A stretch of 55,999 nt of DNA from Octopus sinensis (Eukaryota), in NCBI RefSeq assembly GCF_006345805.1, contig NW_021834565.1, forward strand, positions 1-55,999. The letters run 5' to 3'. Position 1 is the first letter of the stretch. Every line of letters begins with the position of its first letter. Both the position numbers and the translations under genes were made by a program. Below the pieces are notes generated by a model. It was given only the letters and a program-made list of their open reading frames with translations, had not been told where the DNA came from and searched no databases. Shown here piece by piece: positions 25,723 through 36,440 of this stretch.

Positions 25723-25866
25723 CGACAGGCATTTTTCAGTTTCCGTCTACCAAAGCCACTCACAAGGCTTTGGTTGGCCCGAGGCTATAGTAGAAGACTA
25801 TAGTAGTGGGACTGAGCCGGAATCATGTGGTTTGTAAGCAAGCTACTTACCACACAGCCACTCCTT
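25721..25866 (-). mobile_element. SINE family A, 5' half
   Basis: Reverse complement of the GGAGTGGCTGTGTGGTAAG head through CCTGTCGTA. Confidence 0.85.
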
Positions 25867-26010
25867 GCGTTAGCAACAAGTATTGATAACACGCTTCGGT
25901 AATGACAACGTTAGCATTATTAGCAGCAATATATTGAGCGGTAGTAATGTTCGGAAGAACAGCAGCATTAGCAATGTTCAGAGCCACAAAAACAGCAGCA
26001 ACAACGACGC

Positions 26011-26160
26011 ATGGACAGAGTGTCTGGGGAAGAAGTAATGGACTGGGCTGCAGTAAATAGAAAACAGCTTCGTGAGATAAGCGCTGAGCAAATGAGATTT
26101 TTGGGTCATGTGATGAGGAAAGAGGGCCTGAACAATTTAGCGATGATTGGAATGAAAGAA
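26011..26160 (+). mobile_element. RTE-clade LINE fragment (post-RT C-terminus)
   Basis: DRVSGEEVM...RKQLREISAEQMRFLGHVMRKEGLNNLAMIG resembles the RTE motif RVSNEEVL...QL.FLGHV.R..GLE.L...G. Confidence 0.75.
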
Positions 26161-26232
26161 GAACGATTCCAACTTTGTGATATATTCCTTGTGAATATGA
26201 AAGGCCTGTTAGTCATGGAAAAGTTATTTGTA

Positions 26233-26397
26233 GGCGTAGGAGTGGCTGTGTGGTAAGTTGCTTGCTTACCAACCACATGGTTCCGGGTTCAGTCCCACTG
26301 CGTGGCACCTTGGGCAAGTGTCTTCTACTGTAGCCTCGGGCAGACCAAAGCCTTGTGAGTGGATTTGGTAGACGTAAACTGAAAGAAGCCCGTCGTA

Positions 26398-26438
<41 letters not shown>

Positions 26439-26667
26439 GGGGGGGGCGTATATGTTTGTGTGTCTGTGTTTGTCCCCTCCAACATCGCTTGACAACGGAT
26501 GCTGGTGTGTTTACGTCCCCGTAACTTAGCGGTTCGGCAAAAAGGAACCGATAGAATAAGTGCTAGGCTTACAAAGAATAAGTCCTGGAGTCGATTTGCT
26601 CGACTAAAGGCGGTGCTCCTGCATGGCCACAGCCAAATAACTGAAACAAGTAAGAGAGTAAAAGAGT
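26233..26667 (+). mobile_element. SINE family A, full length
   Basis: High similarity to 14567-14979. Confidence 0.92.
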
Positions 26668-27097
26668 AATAACATGGCGACTATAAGCTAAGAATTTGAT
26701 ACATCTTTTAATCCGGCAGAAAGAGTAAACCGAGATAAATATGGTCACAACGTGTTGCACTGGCAAATAATGGAACCTGCAATATTATGACCGTCGGCTG
26801 TAAAGCGGAGTAGCCATTAAAACATACTCCTTCACGAGAATATATCAGTTGCAAATAATGAACGAAATGTTACTCTTTTAAATATCAAATTTCCGGAAAT
26901 ATAGAAAACTCCGAATACATTGAGACTGGGAAAATAAATTCCTCGTTAATTGCCTCGCATTTTAAATTCGTTTATATTTATCTTCATTAAAATATTCTTA
27001 CATTTGTCCAGTAATGTTTTACCGAGCCGAAATTTCTAAGATACCGTCGTATCGCACGTTCGATGTACGATATAACGGGATAATAATAATAATAGCA

Positions 27098-27195
<98 letters not shown>

Positions 27196-27203
27196 TATAA
27201 TAA

Positions 27204-27760
27204 AATGCCCTGATGCAGTACCAGGCAGTGGCTCTCATGGCTTCTGATCTTAACTGATTGGAAGTGTCATCATGTACATTGTTTTGTCTTGGTATAAAAG
27301 ATGGGCTACAGCAAATATTCTGCTCAATACCACAGATTTGCTTGTCAGTTGTTTGACCATAACCAGTTGAGCATGTCCCTTAGTGGCTGACGATATGTGC
27401 ATCTCTGATCACGAGCAGAAGTAGTGGGGGAGCATCATAGCCATGTGTTGAGAGGGATTTTTTGGGGTTTGAATAATTCACCTCTGGATACATGGGTGGT
27501 TCTTTCAACATTCTTAAACAACCCTTATTCAGGGACCGTTTGAGCGGGATGGGCTACTCAACCTGAAGAAAATTCTAACTGGGCCCCACCTGCAAGGTCA
27601 TGTGCTGTTTATCTTGATATGAGATCACCATGTCGCGCACATATGGTTGTGATGCATGTGCCTGGTGTACCTTTATCAGATGGGTAGTCATGATGGGTAT
27701 ATTGGGCTTCGTATATTTTACCCCAGTGTGACTTTGATGGCATGAACTGCTCTCTCACTC
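27204..27760. mobile_element. Non-coding 557 bp interspersed repeat inserted in an (AAT)n array
   Basis: Complex, higher-GC block with (AAT)n directly on both sides; no TIRs or ORF seen; sequence recalled as a common octopus repeat (not verified). Confidence 0.6.
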
Positions 27761-28267
27761 AATAATAATAATAATAATAATGTCTTTGCAAATCGTTCTA
27801 CTCAAGATACTGGGAATAACCCTCGACAATACGCAGCTCCTGGTTTTACTCTGCTTCCAAAGACCTCTGCTGCGTATGTTCATTTATATTGTGGCACAGT
27901 CCATTAGGAGCCAACCAATAGGGGTATTCTACTTCCACACAACAGACACTATTAATAATATTTTTGCGTAAGAATACTAAGTTTATTCCTTACAAAAGTA
28001 TAAAGGAAACCCTCATATCACCCTGTACGCCATAACCAGTACTTTGCCCAAAACTGAAAAAAAAAGTCAACTGATTCATGTATGACAATTCTTCCGACCC
28101 CGTATTGAAGAAGTCATTGACGTTAACGGTTGATTCATTGAACAGGTGTGATAAAAGGGTTCTCAAGATTATTTGTACCAATTTGATTTCAAATACATTT
28201 TTCTTTGATGACGACATACGTCTTTTTCTGAATTCATACAAATGACCTGCAAAACTGACACACCCTG

Positions 28268-28302
<35 letters not shown>

Positions 28303-28357
28303 CCTTAAATCCTTAAAAATGTTTTAACCCGAAGGCCGCGGCCATATATATATATAT

Positions 28358-28607
28358 TATAATTATGAGTATAATTATAATTAGGGTCTAGCAAAAAAAA
28401 AAATTGCTTCACCACATACCGAACATTAGAAATAGCAGCCAAATAACGTAGCTATTTCTTCTACTATAAGAAGAAACACCCTCCTTTTTTGGCTGAACCC
28501 TAATTATAATAATACTCATAATTATAAAAAAAAATAGTAAGTTTACCGAAAATGGTCCTTTTAACATGCCGAATACTACTTGGTGGAATTATTAATTAAT
28601 TTTATCA

Positions 28608-28610
<3 letters not shown>
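28358..28610. mobile_element. Diverged relative of the 17475 fold-back element
   Basis: Outer inverted repeat ATAATTAGGG/CCCTAATTAT, shared AGAAATAGCAGCCAAA, and shared tail AAATGGTCCTTTTA..GAATACT..TGGTG. Confidence 0.7.
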
Positions 28611-28670
<60 letters not shown>

Positions 28671-28688
28671 CATACATACATACATACA

Positions 28689-28720
<32 letters not shown>

Positions 28721-29767
28721 CATGCGTTTGCATATATGTACATATTGCAGAAAAACCTAAAACTGTTAGGATTTTCTATGAAAGTGGAAAAAGGAATCGA
28801 CTCGTATCCTTCAACTCCAATCTATTACGGGAAGAATGGTTGTTTCTAAGACATTCCAAAGATTTTCCATCTGAGATTCTTTAAATTAATATCTGCAAGC
28901 ACACGCGCACACGCACACACGCACGGACACCTAAGCACTAAAGCAACATGTTTCGGCCTAATACATTTCATCGGATTGTGTGACGCTATAGCACAGTCTG
29001 ACGAAGGCTACCAGGTTGAAACTTCAAACGAAGTAAACGAGGACAATATTTCGCAGTTATTACTGAGCAGCGGTTTCGTGTACAGGTCTCAAATTCGAAA
29101 TAGCCAGCTAGAACTACATACAAGCAGTGTAAAATCTTTTTTGTTGACGTGCAATATCTATGTCAGAAGTAGTTGAGTAATGCAGATATCAATATCGCAT
29201 CTTTAATGCATGTTTTAAACACTAATCGCTGTGGTATTTGGTCTGAGATCCGTTTAAAGAAGTATACGGTTAAGAAACACAGCAAATACCAAAGCTAAGC
29301 GAGTAAACAACAACGGCAAATATCGATATTTCGTGGTTTTTGGCTGCTCATCAGTCTCGTGTACGCAGCTCGCTTCCAAAACGAATTCGAAATCAAACTG
29401 AAAATTTAATTGTTGATATACAAACATTCACACGTACACACATACACGCGCGCACGCGCGCACGCACACACACATACACACACACACAGATACACACACA
29501 CATACACACACACAAATACGCATGTGCTACAAAACTTCGTTAAAGTTTTACTGCACTGCATCGCAATTAATTAAATGTTACTGATGACGAGAGTAATGAT
29601 GATAACGATGTTGATTACGACGGTGTGGTGGTGGTGGTGGTGGTGGTGGCGCTGCTGCTGCTAATGATGATGATGATGGTGGTGGTGGTGATGATGATGA
29701 TGATGAAATCGGGTGTAACAAAAGAAGTCGGGTGCAACATCACTACCTCTATTACAACAACTAATAT

Positions 29768-29976
29768 TTATTTCTTTATTGACCACAGGGGACAAACAAG
29801 GATAGACAAAGGGATTAAATCGATTATACCAGTGCGTAACTGGTACTTATTTAATCGACCCCGAAAGGAAAAAAAGGCAAAGTCGACCTCGGCGGAATTT
29901 GAACTCAGAACATAAAGACAGACGAAATGTCGTGAAGCATTTCGCCCAGTGTGCTAACGATTCTGCCAGCTCGCCA
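29768..29976 (-). mobile_element. SINE family B
   Basis: Reverse complement of the family B monomer. Confidence 0.9.
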
Positions 29977-30263
29977 CACTCAAACTGCGACTAATATTAT
30001 TACAATTATTACTTCTAATACTACTACTACTGCTATTACTAATGTTACTACTGTTTCTACTACTAATACTAATATTATTGCAACTACTACTACAACTGCT
30101 ACTGCTACTTGAACAATAAGGCCTACATAACGCTGTAGCAACAGAGAAATGTGTAACATTGCTTTGGAAGTAAATTGAACGATGGAGAAGAGTTCAATAA
30201 AAGAAAGAGCAAGCGAGAGAGGGAGCGGGGGGGGGAATTGAGGTAGACCGACAGATAGACAGG

Positions 30264-30325
<62 letters not shown>

Positions 30326-30894
30326 TAGAGAGAAAGGGTTTAGATGAAGAGAGAGGGATAAAGAGGTTGAGAAAGATAAGTAAAGATGTAGGAGAGACTG
30401 AGAAACGATCAGAATGCGAGGACTGAAAAAAAATTCTTGTAAAATAAGGGAATTTAGGACATGAAGGTAATGGTTCGATGGTGAGGCGAAACCATCGCCT
30501 TACCACCAGCGGCCTCATCACCAATACCATCGCTGTCAGTACTACTACCACCACCACCACCACCATTACCACCACTGCCGCTGCCGCCACCACCACCACC
30601 ACCACAGACGTCCTCATCATTGATGAAAAATGAAGAACACTGAGGTGGGAGATGTTATTTTGTTTAAATTACAGGAATGAAGTGGGGGAGGTGGGAGGTA
30701 GTGAAAAGAGAGAGACAGACTGAAGAAATGATAGGCTTTGAAGAGGGGATGGGGAAGAATAGGTGGGGAGAAAGAGAGAGAGAGAGAGAGGGAGAGAGAG
30801 GGAGAGGAGAAAGAGAATGAGTGAGAAAGAATGAGAGTCGGTGCTGAAACGAAAGGAAAAGAAAACAAGGATTTGAGAAAAATACTACTTTAGA

Positions 30895-30895
30895 T

Positions 30896-30946
<51 letters not shown>

Positions 30947-30966
30947 TAATAATAATGATAATAATA

Positions 30967-31000
<34 letters not shown>

Positions 31001-31026
31001 GGATGATGATGATGATGATGATGATG

Positions 31027-31081
<55 letters not shown>

Positions 31082-31245
31082 AATAATAATGATGTAGGGT
31101 AAGAGAAGAGGGAAGGGAAAAACAAGAGAGAACAAAAGAAAGAAAGAAGAAAGAAAGAAGGAAGGAAAGAAGGAAAGAAAGGAGGAAAAATGAAGGGAAA
31201 AAGAAAGAAAGAGAGAAAGAAAGAAGGAAAGAAAGAAAGAAGAAA

Positions 31246-31306
<61 letters not shown>

Positions 31307-31380
31307 AGGAAAGAAGGAAAGAAAGAAAGAAAGAAAACAGAAAGAAAGAAAGAAAGAAAGGAAAAAGAGACGGTGGAAAC
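30895..31380. repeat. (AAT)n, (GAT)n, (AAT)n and (GAAA)n microsatellites
   Basis: Directly visible. Confidence 0.95.
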
Positions 31381-32009
31381 GAGATGATAGAAATAGTGAA
31401 GTGAAAAGTGAGTATGTGAAATAAAAAGTGAAAGAAAGGAAATGGGAAAGAGAGAAGAGAGAGGAGGAAGAGATGAAGAAAGACGGAGTGATGAAATAAT
31501 GAGAAAGAGTGGTAGGGGAATGGAATGAAAAAATGAGTGTTTTTCAATGAAAGGAGAATTAGTCTGAAAAAATGTGAAGGATGAAAGAAATGTAAAATTG
31601 GAAAGAACGAAAGAAAGAAAGACAAAAGAAAGAAAGAGGGAAGAAAACTTCTAATTTTGTGAAGAGTGAAATTAATAGAAAAAGAATTACGAAGAAAAAC
31701 AAATAAAAATAATAATATATGTAAAAAAAGTATGGAAATGGGAAAAAATAATTGGTTTAAAAAAAGATAGAAAAAGAGAACTAGGGGTGAAGAATGAGTG
31801 AGAGTAAGGAGAAAAAAGATTTAGAAAGGAGAGTAAAAAGAAGAAATGTAAAGGAAAAAAATTAGGGAAAATGGAGAGGATGTGACGTTTGTTGTTTTCT
31901 GGTGTCTGACTATATATAAGACTTGGCTTTGAATATCATAGCATAACAAACGTTCATTTGTTACGATAAGGTTGTATTTTGGATATTATAGGATAACAAG
32001 AGGAGATCA

Positions 32010-32345
32010 CTTGCTTGCTTTGCTTGTTTCATGCTCTTGTTTGATGGTGCTGGAATTATCCCAGGCTGGTGGTCCCAGAGGCATCATCGTGCGTAGAGCC
32101 GACCCGGTCAACCATTGCTAGCGGTTCCATACCAGCACTTCTGCACCTCCAAGATGACGTCGAGTCGCCAGAGATCTTTCTTAATCACGTCCAGCCATCT
32201 GGTGCGAGGCCTTCCACGGGGCCTCTTCCAGCTCGCAGCTGGTAGGATGATCCGGAAGGAGGTGGAAGACATATCCGCACCAGAGCATGCGACGATGGAT
32301 AGCTACGGTGAGCAGCTATATGCTGCAGGCTGAAGCAGGAGCGAA
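32010..32345 (-). mobile_element. RTE-like LINE 3' end, frameshifted, with short-repeat tail
   Basis: Minus translation IHRRMLWCGYVFHLLPDHP / WKRPRGRPRTRWLDVIKKDL; tail AAGCAAAGCAAGCAAG. Confidence 0.8.
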
Positions 32346-32779
32346 GGCAGTTGCTTGTTTGAAACGTGGTGATACCTACCATCTGATGTTCTCAGTTTGT
32401 TATCATATAGGTAGATTTGTTTTCATAAATTTTGTATTACATATTAGGTATCGATCAACAAACGGAGATTTGTTATAACAAAGTTGTCTTAGATATAGGA
32501 TAACCAATTTAAACAACATAGGACAAAGTTACATATCTTACATATATATATATATATATAATAATAATAAATCTCTGAGCGAGATATAAACAGTAACTGC
32601 TCTATAACATAAGGGGGATCAGCCATCTGAATGTGGCTAGGGTCAGGGCGGGGTAGTGGGGGTGTTACTGATGCATTTAGCCCCAGGCGATCATCAACGT
32701 CACCAGAAGGGCTGACACCATCTTGGTGTCCTTGCCAGCCTGCAAAGGGAGATCAGCCTCCCCGAAGATACGGATACTA

Positions 32780-32822
32780 CATACGGACCGGTTTCGAGGT
32801 TATTGCCTCTTGTCAACGCATG
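32780..32822 (-). ncRNA. Type I hammerhead ribozyme, U3-A8 variant (copy 1)
   Basis: CATGCG-TTGACAA-GAGG CAATAA CCTC-GAAAC CG GTC-CGTATG: 6 bp stem I (one G.U), 4 bp stem II, GAAA, palindromic ACCGGT stem III, GUC site; predicted cut between 32786 and 32785. Confidence 0.82.
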
Positions 32823-33139
32823 GTAAGCACCGTTCTTCGTTGAGGGACTTCCTCTACAGGCTGGATATATAGGGATTTTCACAGTAACCACAGTCACTGG
32901 CGTAGAAAATCCGTTCGAAAACAATAATAAATCTCTGAGCGAGATATAAACAGTAACTGCTCTATAACATAAGGGGGATCAGCCATCTGAATGTGGCTAG
33001 GGTCAGGGCGGGGTAGTGGGGGTGTTACTGATGCATTTAGCCCCAGGCGATCATCAACGTCACCAGAAGGGCTGACACCATCTCGGTGTCCTTGCCAGCC
33101 TGCAAAGGGAGATCAGCCTCCCCGGAGATACGGATACTA

Positions 33140-33182
33140 CATACGGACCGGTTTCGATGTTATTGCCTCTTGTCAACGCATG
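33140..33182 (-). ncRNA. Type I hammerhead ribozyme, U3-A8 variant (copy 2, stem II mismatch)
   Basis: Same as copy 1 except CCTC->CATC, giving a G.A mismatch at the third stem II pair; predicted cut between 33146 and 33145. Confidence 0.72.
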
Positions 33183-33699
33183 GTAAGCACCGTTCTTCGT
33201 TAATTCAAACATTTTGTAGTTATAACGAATGTCGATGGATTATAACCAGGTTCAAATCGTAGATATGACACATTAGTTATTAATTGCTTGTAGGAACACC
33301 GAATTTCGCTTTGCAACCATAATATGCTACCAAGTAAAGCGTTTATTAAGGGTTTATAAGTCAACAGTGTCCTATATTTTGAGTTAGCAGTCCGATTCAG
33401 TATCGTTTGCATTATCTCTACGTATTTTCTATTGAATTGGGAGCCAACACTGAAACTTGCAACGTTTCGTATAAGGAACGTCGTAAGTGTTAGCTCTGAA
33501 ATCAAAAGAATATTTGCAGAGCAAATTAAAAACGTAGATATTTTCGATATTTTTGAATAACAAATTTAGATGTTTTTGACATTTATTTCTCAATCTGCTG
33601 CTTGTTTCTTCCATGAATTTGAGGCTGGTGTTGACCTATTTTATAGTCTCTTCAAGTTGATGTTTATCATATCGCATTGCGGGTGTTTTGTCGCCCATG

Positions 33700-33900
33700 A
33701 GTTTAATGTGAAGATTGTAGTTTCGATTCATGATCCCGGGCAAAACAATTCATTCCACGCTTCTCCAGTTCAATTAGCTGGCAATAATGAGTAACCCTGC
33801 CACGGACCGGCGTTCCATCCAGTGGGGAAGCATATAGGTCCCAGAAACGGGAAACTGGCCTATAGAATCGTATGACTCGCGAAGACGCTCTCATCCTTTG
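33700..33900 (+). mobile_element. Degenerate SINE-like relic
   Basis: GTTTCGATTC B-box-like start; CCAGTTCAATTAGCTGGCAATAATGAGT resembles the family D body. Confidence 0.4.
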
Positions 33901-34109
33901 CCTGATGCATAACATACTGGAGTCACGCATATTCGTCTACAGAGTTGACCTTACATACACAGATAGATACACACACACACACACATAGTGTGTGACTATG
34001 CACATGAGTAAGTCTCCTTGAGTATAAATTTTAATGTTTCGTGTGTGAATGCGACTGAATGGTGAGACGACGAAACTCTGAGTAATATATGGGCGATATT
34101 GTTGGCGTA

Positions 34110-35420
34110 GTGGTAGTAGTAGTAGTAGTAGTAACGTTGGTTGTTGTGGTGGCGATGCTGGCGCTGATGTTGGTGTTGATGTTAGCTTCGGTGAATACAG
34201 AATGAGGTATAGTTACGACAGAGGCGATGATGATGATGATGATGATGATGGTTGTGGTCGTGGTGGTAGTGGTGGAGGCGGCGGCGGTGATGGCGGTGAT
34301 AGCTGTGGGTCATTGCTAGAACAACAAAAGCGTTGATGGCGATAGTGATGATGGTGGCGGCGGCATTGATGGTGGTGGTGGTGGTGGTGGTGGTGGTGGT
34401 GGTGGTTACGATGGTGTTGGAGGAAGTGATGGTGCTAGAGCTAATGTTGTTGTTGGAGGTGATCGTGGGGATGGCGGTGGTGGTGATGGCGATGGTAATG
34501 GCTGAGTTGTTGTTGGTGGTGGTGGTGTTTGTGGTGACGGATGAAGTGGCGGTGGTGGTGGTGGTGGTGGTGGTAATGAAAGTTAAGGTGGTGGAAAATA
34601 TGGTGTCGGTTGTTGTACGAATGGTAGTAACATTAATAGATACGGTAGTAGTGTCTGTAGGGTTTGGTGTTTTTGTCGTTGCTGTTGTCATTGATGGTGG
34701 TGGTGGGGATGGAGGTGGCGGCGTGTGAGGATCGCTGGTGGAATAGGAGGTAGTGCCCTCGGTGGTTGTAGTAATGGTGTTGTGCATGGATGATGGAGGT
34801 GGAATATGATGGTGGTGCAGTTTGCAGGAGCGGTGGTGGTGGTGGTGGTAGTGAAGATGACAGTGGTTGTAGTGGTATTGTAGGAGGTGGTTGTGGTGAC
34901 TCTAGAGGTTGTGGTTGTGGCGTTGGTGATGGGGTTGGAGTCAGTGTTGGGGTTTGGACTTGATGTTGTTGTTGTTGGAGGTGATGGTGGTGGAGATGGA
35001 GGTGCGGGTGGTGCTGGAGGTAGTGTCTTGTTGGAGCTGACATTGCTGATGGTGGTGGTAGTTGCGGTGGTGGTGGTGGTGGTGGTGGTGGTAGTGGTGG
35101 GGGTGGATGGTGGTGATGGTGGTAGTGGTGGTGGTGCTGGAGGTAGTGTCTTGTTGGAGCTGACATTGCTGATGGTGGTGGTGGTGGTATTCATGATGAT
35201 GATGGTGGTGGAGGTCATGGCTGTAGCAGTGGTGGAGGTGGTTGTGATGGTGGCGGCGGTCGTCTTGGTGGCGGTGCCGGTGGTTGTGATAGTTGTGTTG
35301 ATGGTTGTAGTGGTAATTGTGGTGGTGATGGATTTAGTGGTGGCGATGTTGGTGGTAGTGGTGGTGGTGGTGGTGGTGGTGGTGGTGGTGGTGGTAGTGG
35401 TAGTGATGTTGGCGATGCTT
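34110..35420. repeat. (GGT)/(GAT)-rich degenerate trinucleotide tract with an internal about 50 bp duplication (120 bp period)
   Basis: GTGGTGCTGGAGGTAGTGTCTTGTTGGAGCTGACATTGCTGATGGTGGTG near 35007 and 35127. Confidence 0.9.
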
Positions 35421-35709
35421 TTCACGAGGAACTCTCCCGCGCTACCCAAACATTGCTTACGACGACGGCGACGACGCAGTAGTAGCGAGCTATGCGTGTA
35501 TAATTCTCTAATTATAGACTACTCTTCACTGATCCTCCAAGACTGTCGACTGTTGGAGCCGGACAGCAGTAAATTGATGCCGTTTCTACACAGTTCTGCA
35601 GCACTACACCACCACCACCACCATCACCACACACACCACACGCTCCTCTTCGCGATCTTTCCCCAACCGCTTCGCAGACTCGGAGAAGATGGGAGACGTA
35701 AATGAATAC

Positions 35710-36227
35710 ACACACAGGTATATACATACATGCATTCATACATACATACAAACATGCATACATACATACATACATACATGCATACATTCATACATACATA
35801 CATACATATATATATATGTATGTATGTATCTATGCGTATATATACATATATATATATGCATGTATGTATGTAAATATATACATATGTGCAAATATAGATG
35901 CATATATACATATGTATAAGTATATATAAGCATGTGTATATGCATATATATGTAGATAAATATATGTATGCATATACTTATAACATACATGTAATGTATG
36001 CATATTGTATATATGTATTTATATGCACATATAGTTATATATGAATATATATACATATATACATATACCACTATATACGCAATATATCGTATATAGATGC
36101 ATACGCACTCACACATATATATTTATGTGTGTGTATATATATATATATATATACATATATGCACACGCACACATACACACAGATACACACACTCACACAC
36201 ACATACACACACATATATATATTTATA

Positions 36228-36296
<69 letters not shown>

Positions 36297-36440
36297 TATA
36301 TATACATATACATATACACACCCGATACACACCCAGCAAAAGAACATGATCTCTATCGATACACACTTATACATACATACAAATACACAGGCACGCGCAC
36401 GCGCGCGCACACACACACACACATACACACACACATATAT
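35710..36440. repeat. (CATA)n, (TA)n and (CA)n microsatellite tract
   Basis: Directly visible. Confidence 0.95.

Larger units (their letters stand above)
32563..33201 (-). mobile_element. Retrozyme / non-autonomous Penelope-like element: two 279 bp direct repeats + 81 bp spacer (360 bp period), one hammerhead per repeat
   Basis: 32563-32841 and 32923-33201 differ at 3 positions (32724/33084, 32765/33125, 32798/33158); no meaningful ORF; abuts (TA)n; hammerheads below. Confidence 0.8.

Noticed and set aside
32810-32816. TTGACA as a bacterial -35 promoter box, or the repeat as CRISPR/contaminant
   Set aside because: The context is a eukaryotic hammerhead fold; the repeats are 279 bp, not CRISPR-sized, and there are no cas genes.
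32631-33203. Duplicated 70 aa plus-strand ORF in the 360-bp repeat
   Set aside because: Starts at a non-ATG codon, has no recognisable domain and simply reflects the GC-rich repeat; the RNA-structure reading explains the sequence better.
34182-35705. Long Thr/Pro-rich (minus) and Val-rich (plus) ORFs resembling a mucin or membrane protein
   Set aside because: They are translations of degenerate (GGT)/(GAT) repeats, open in several frames on both strands, with no splice or domain support.
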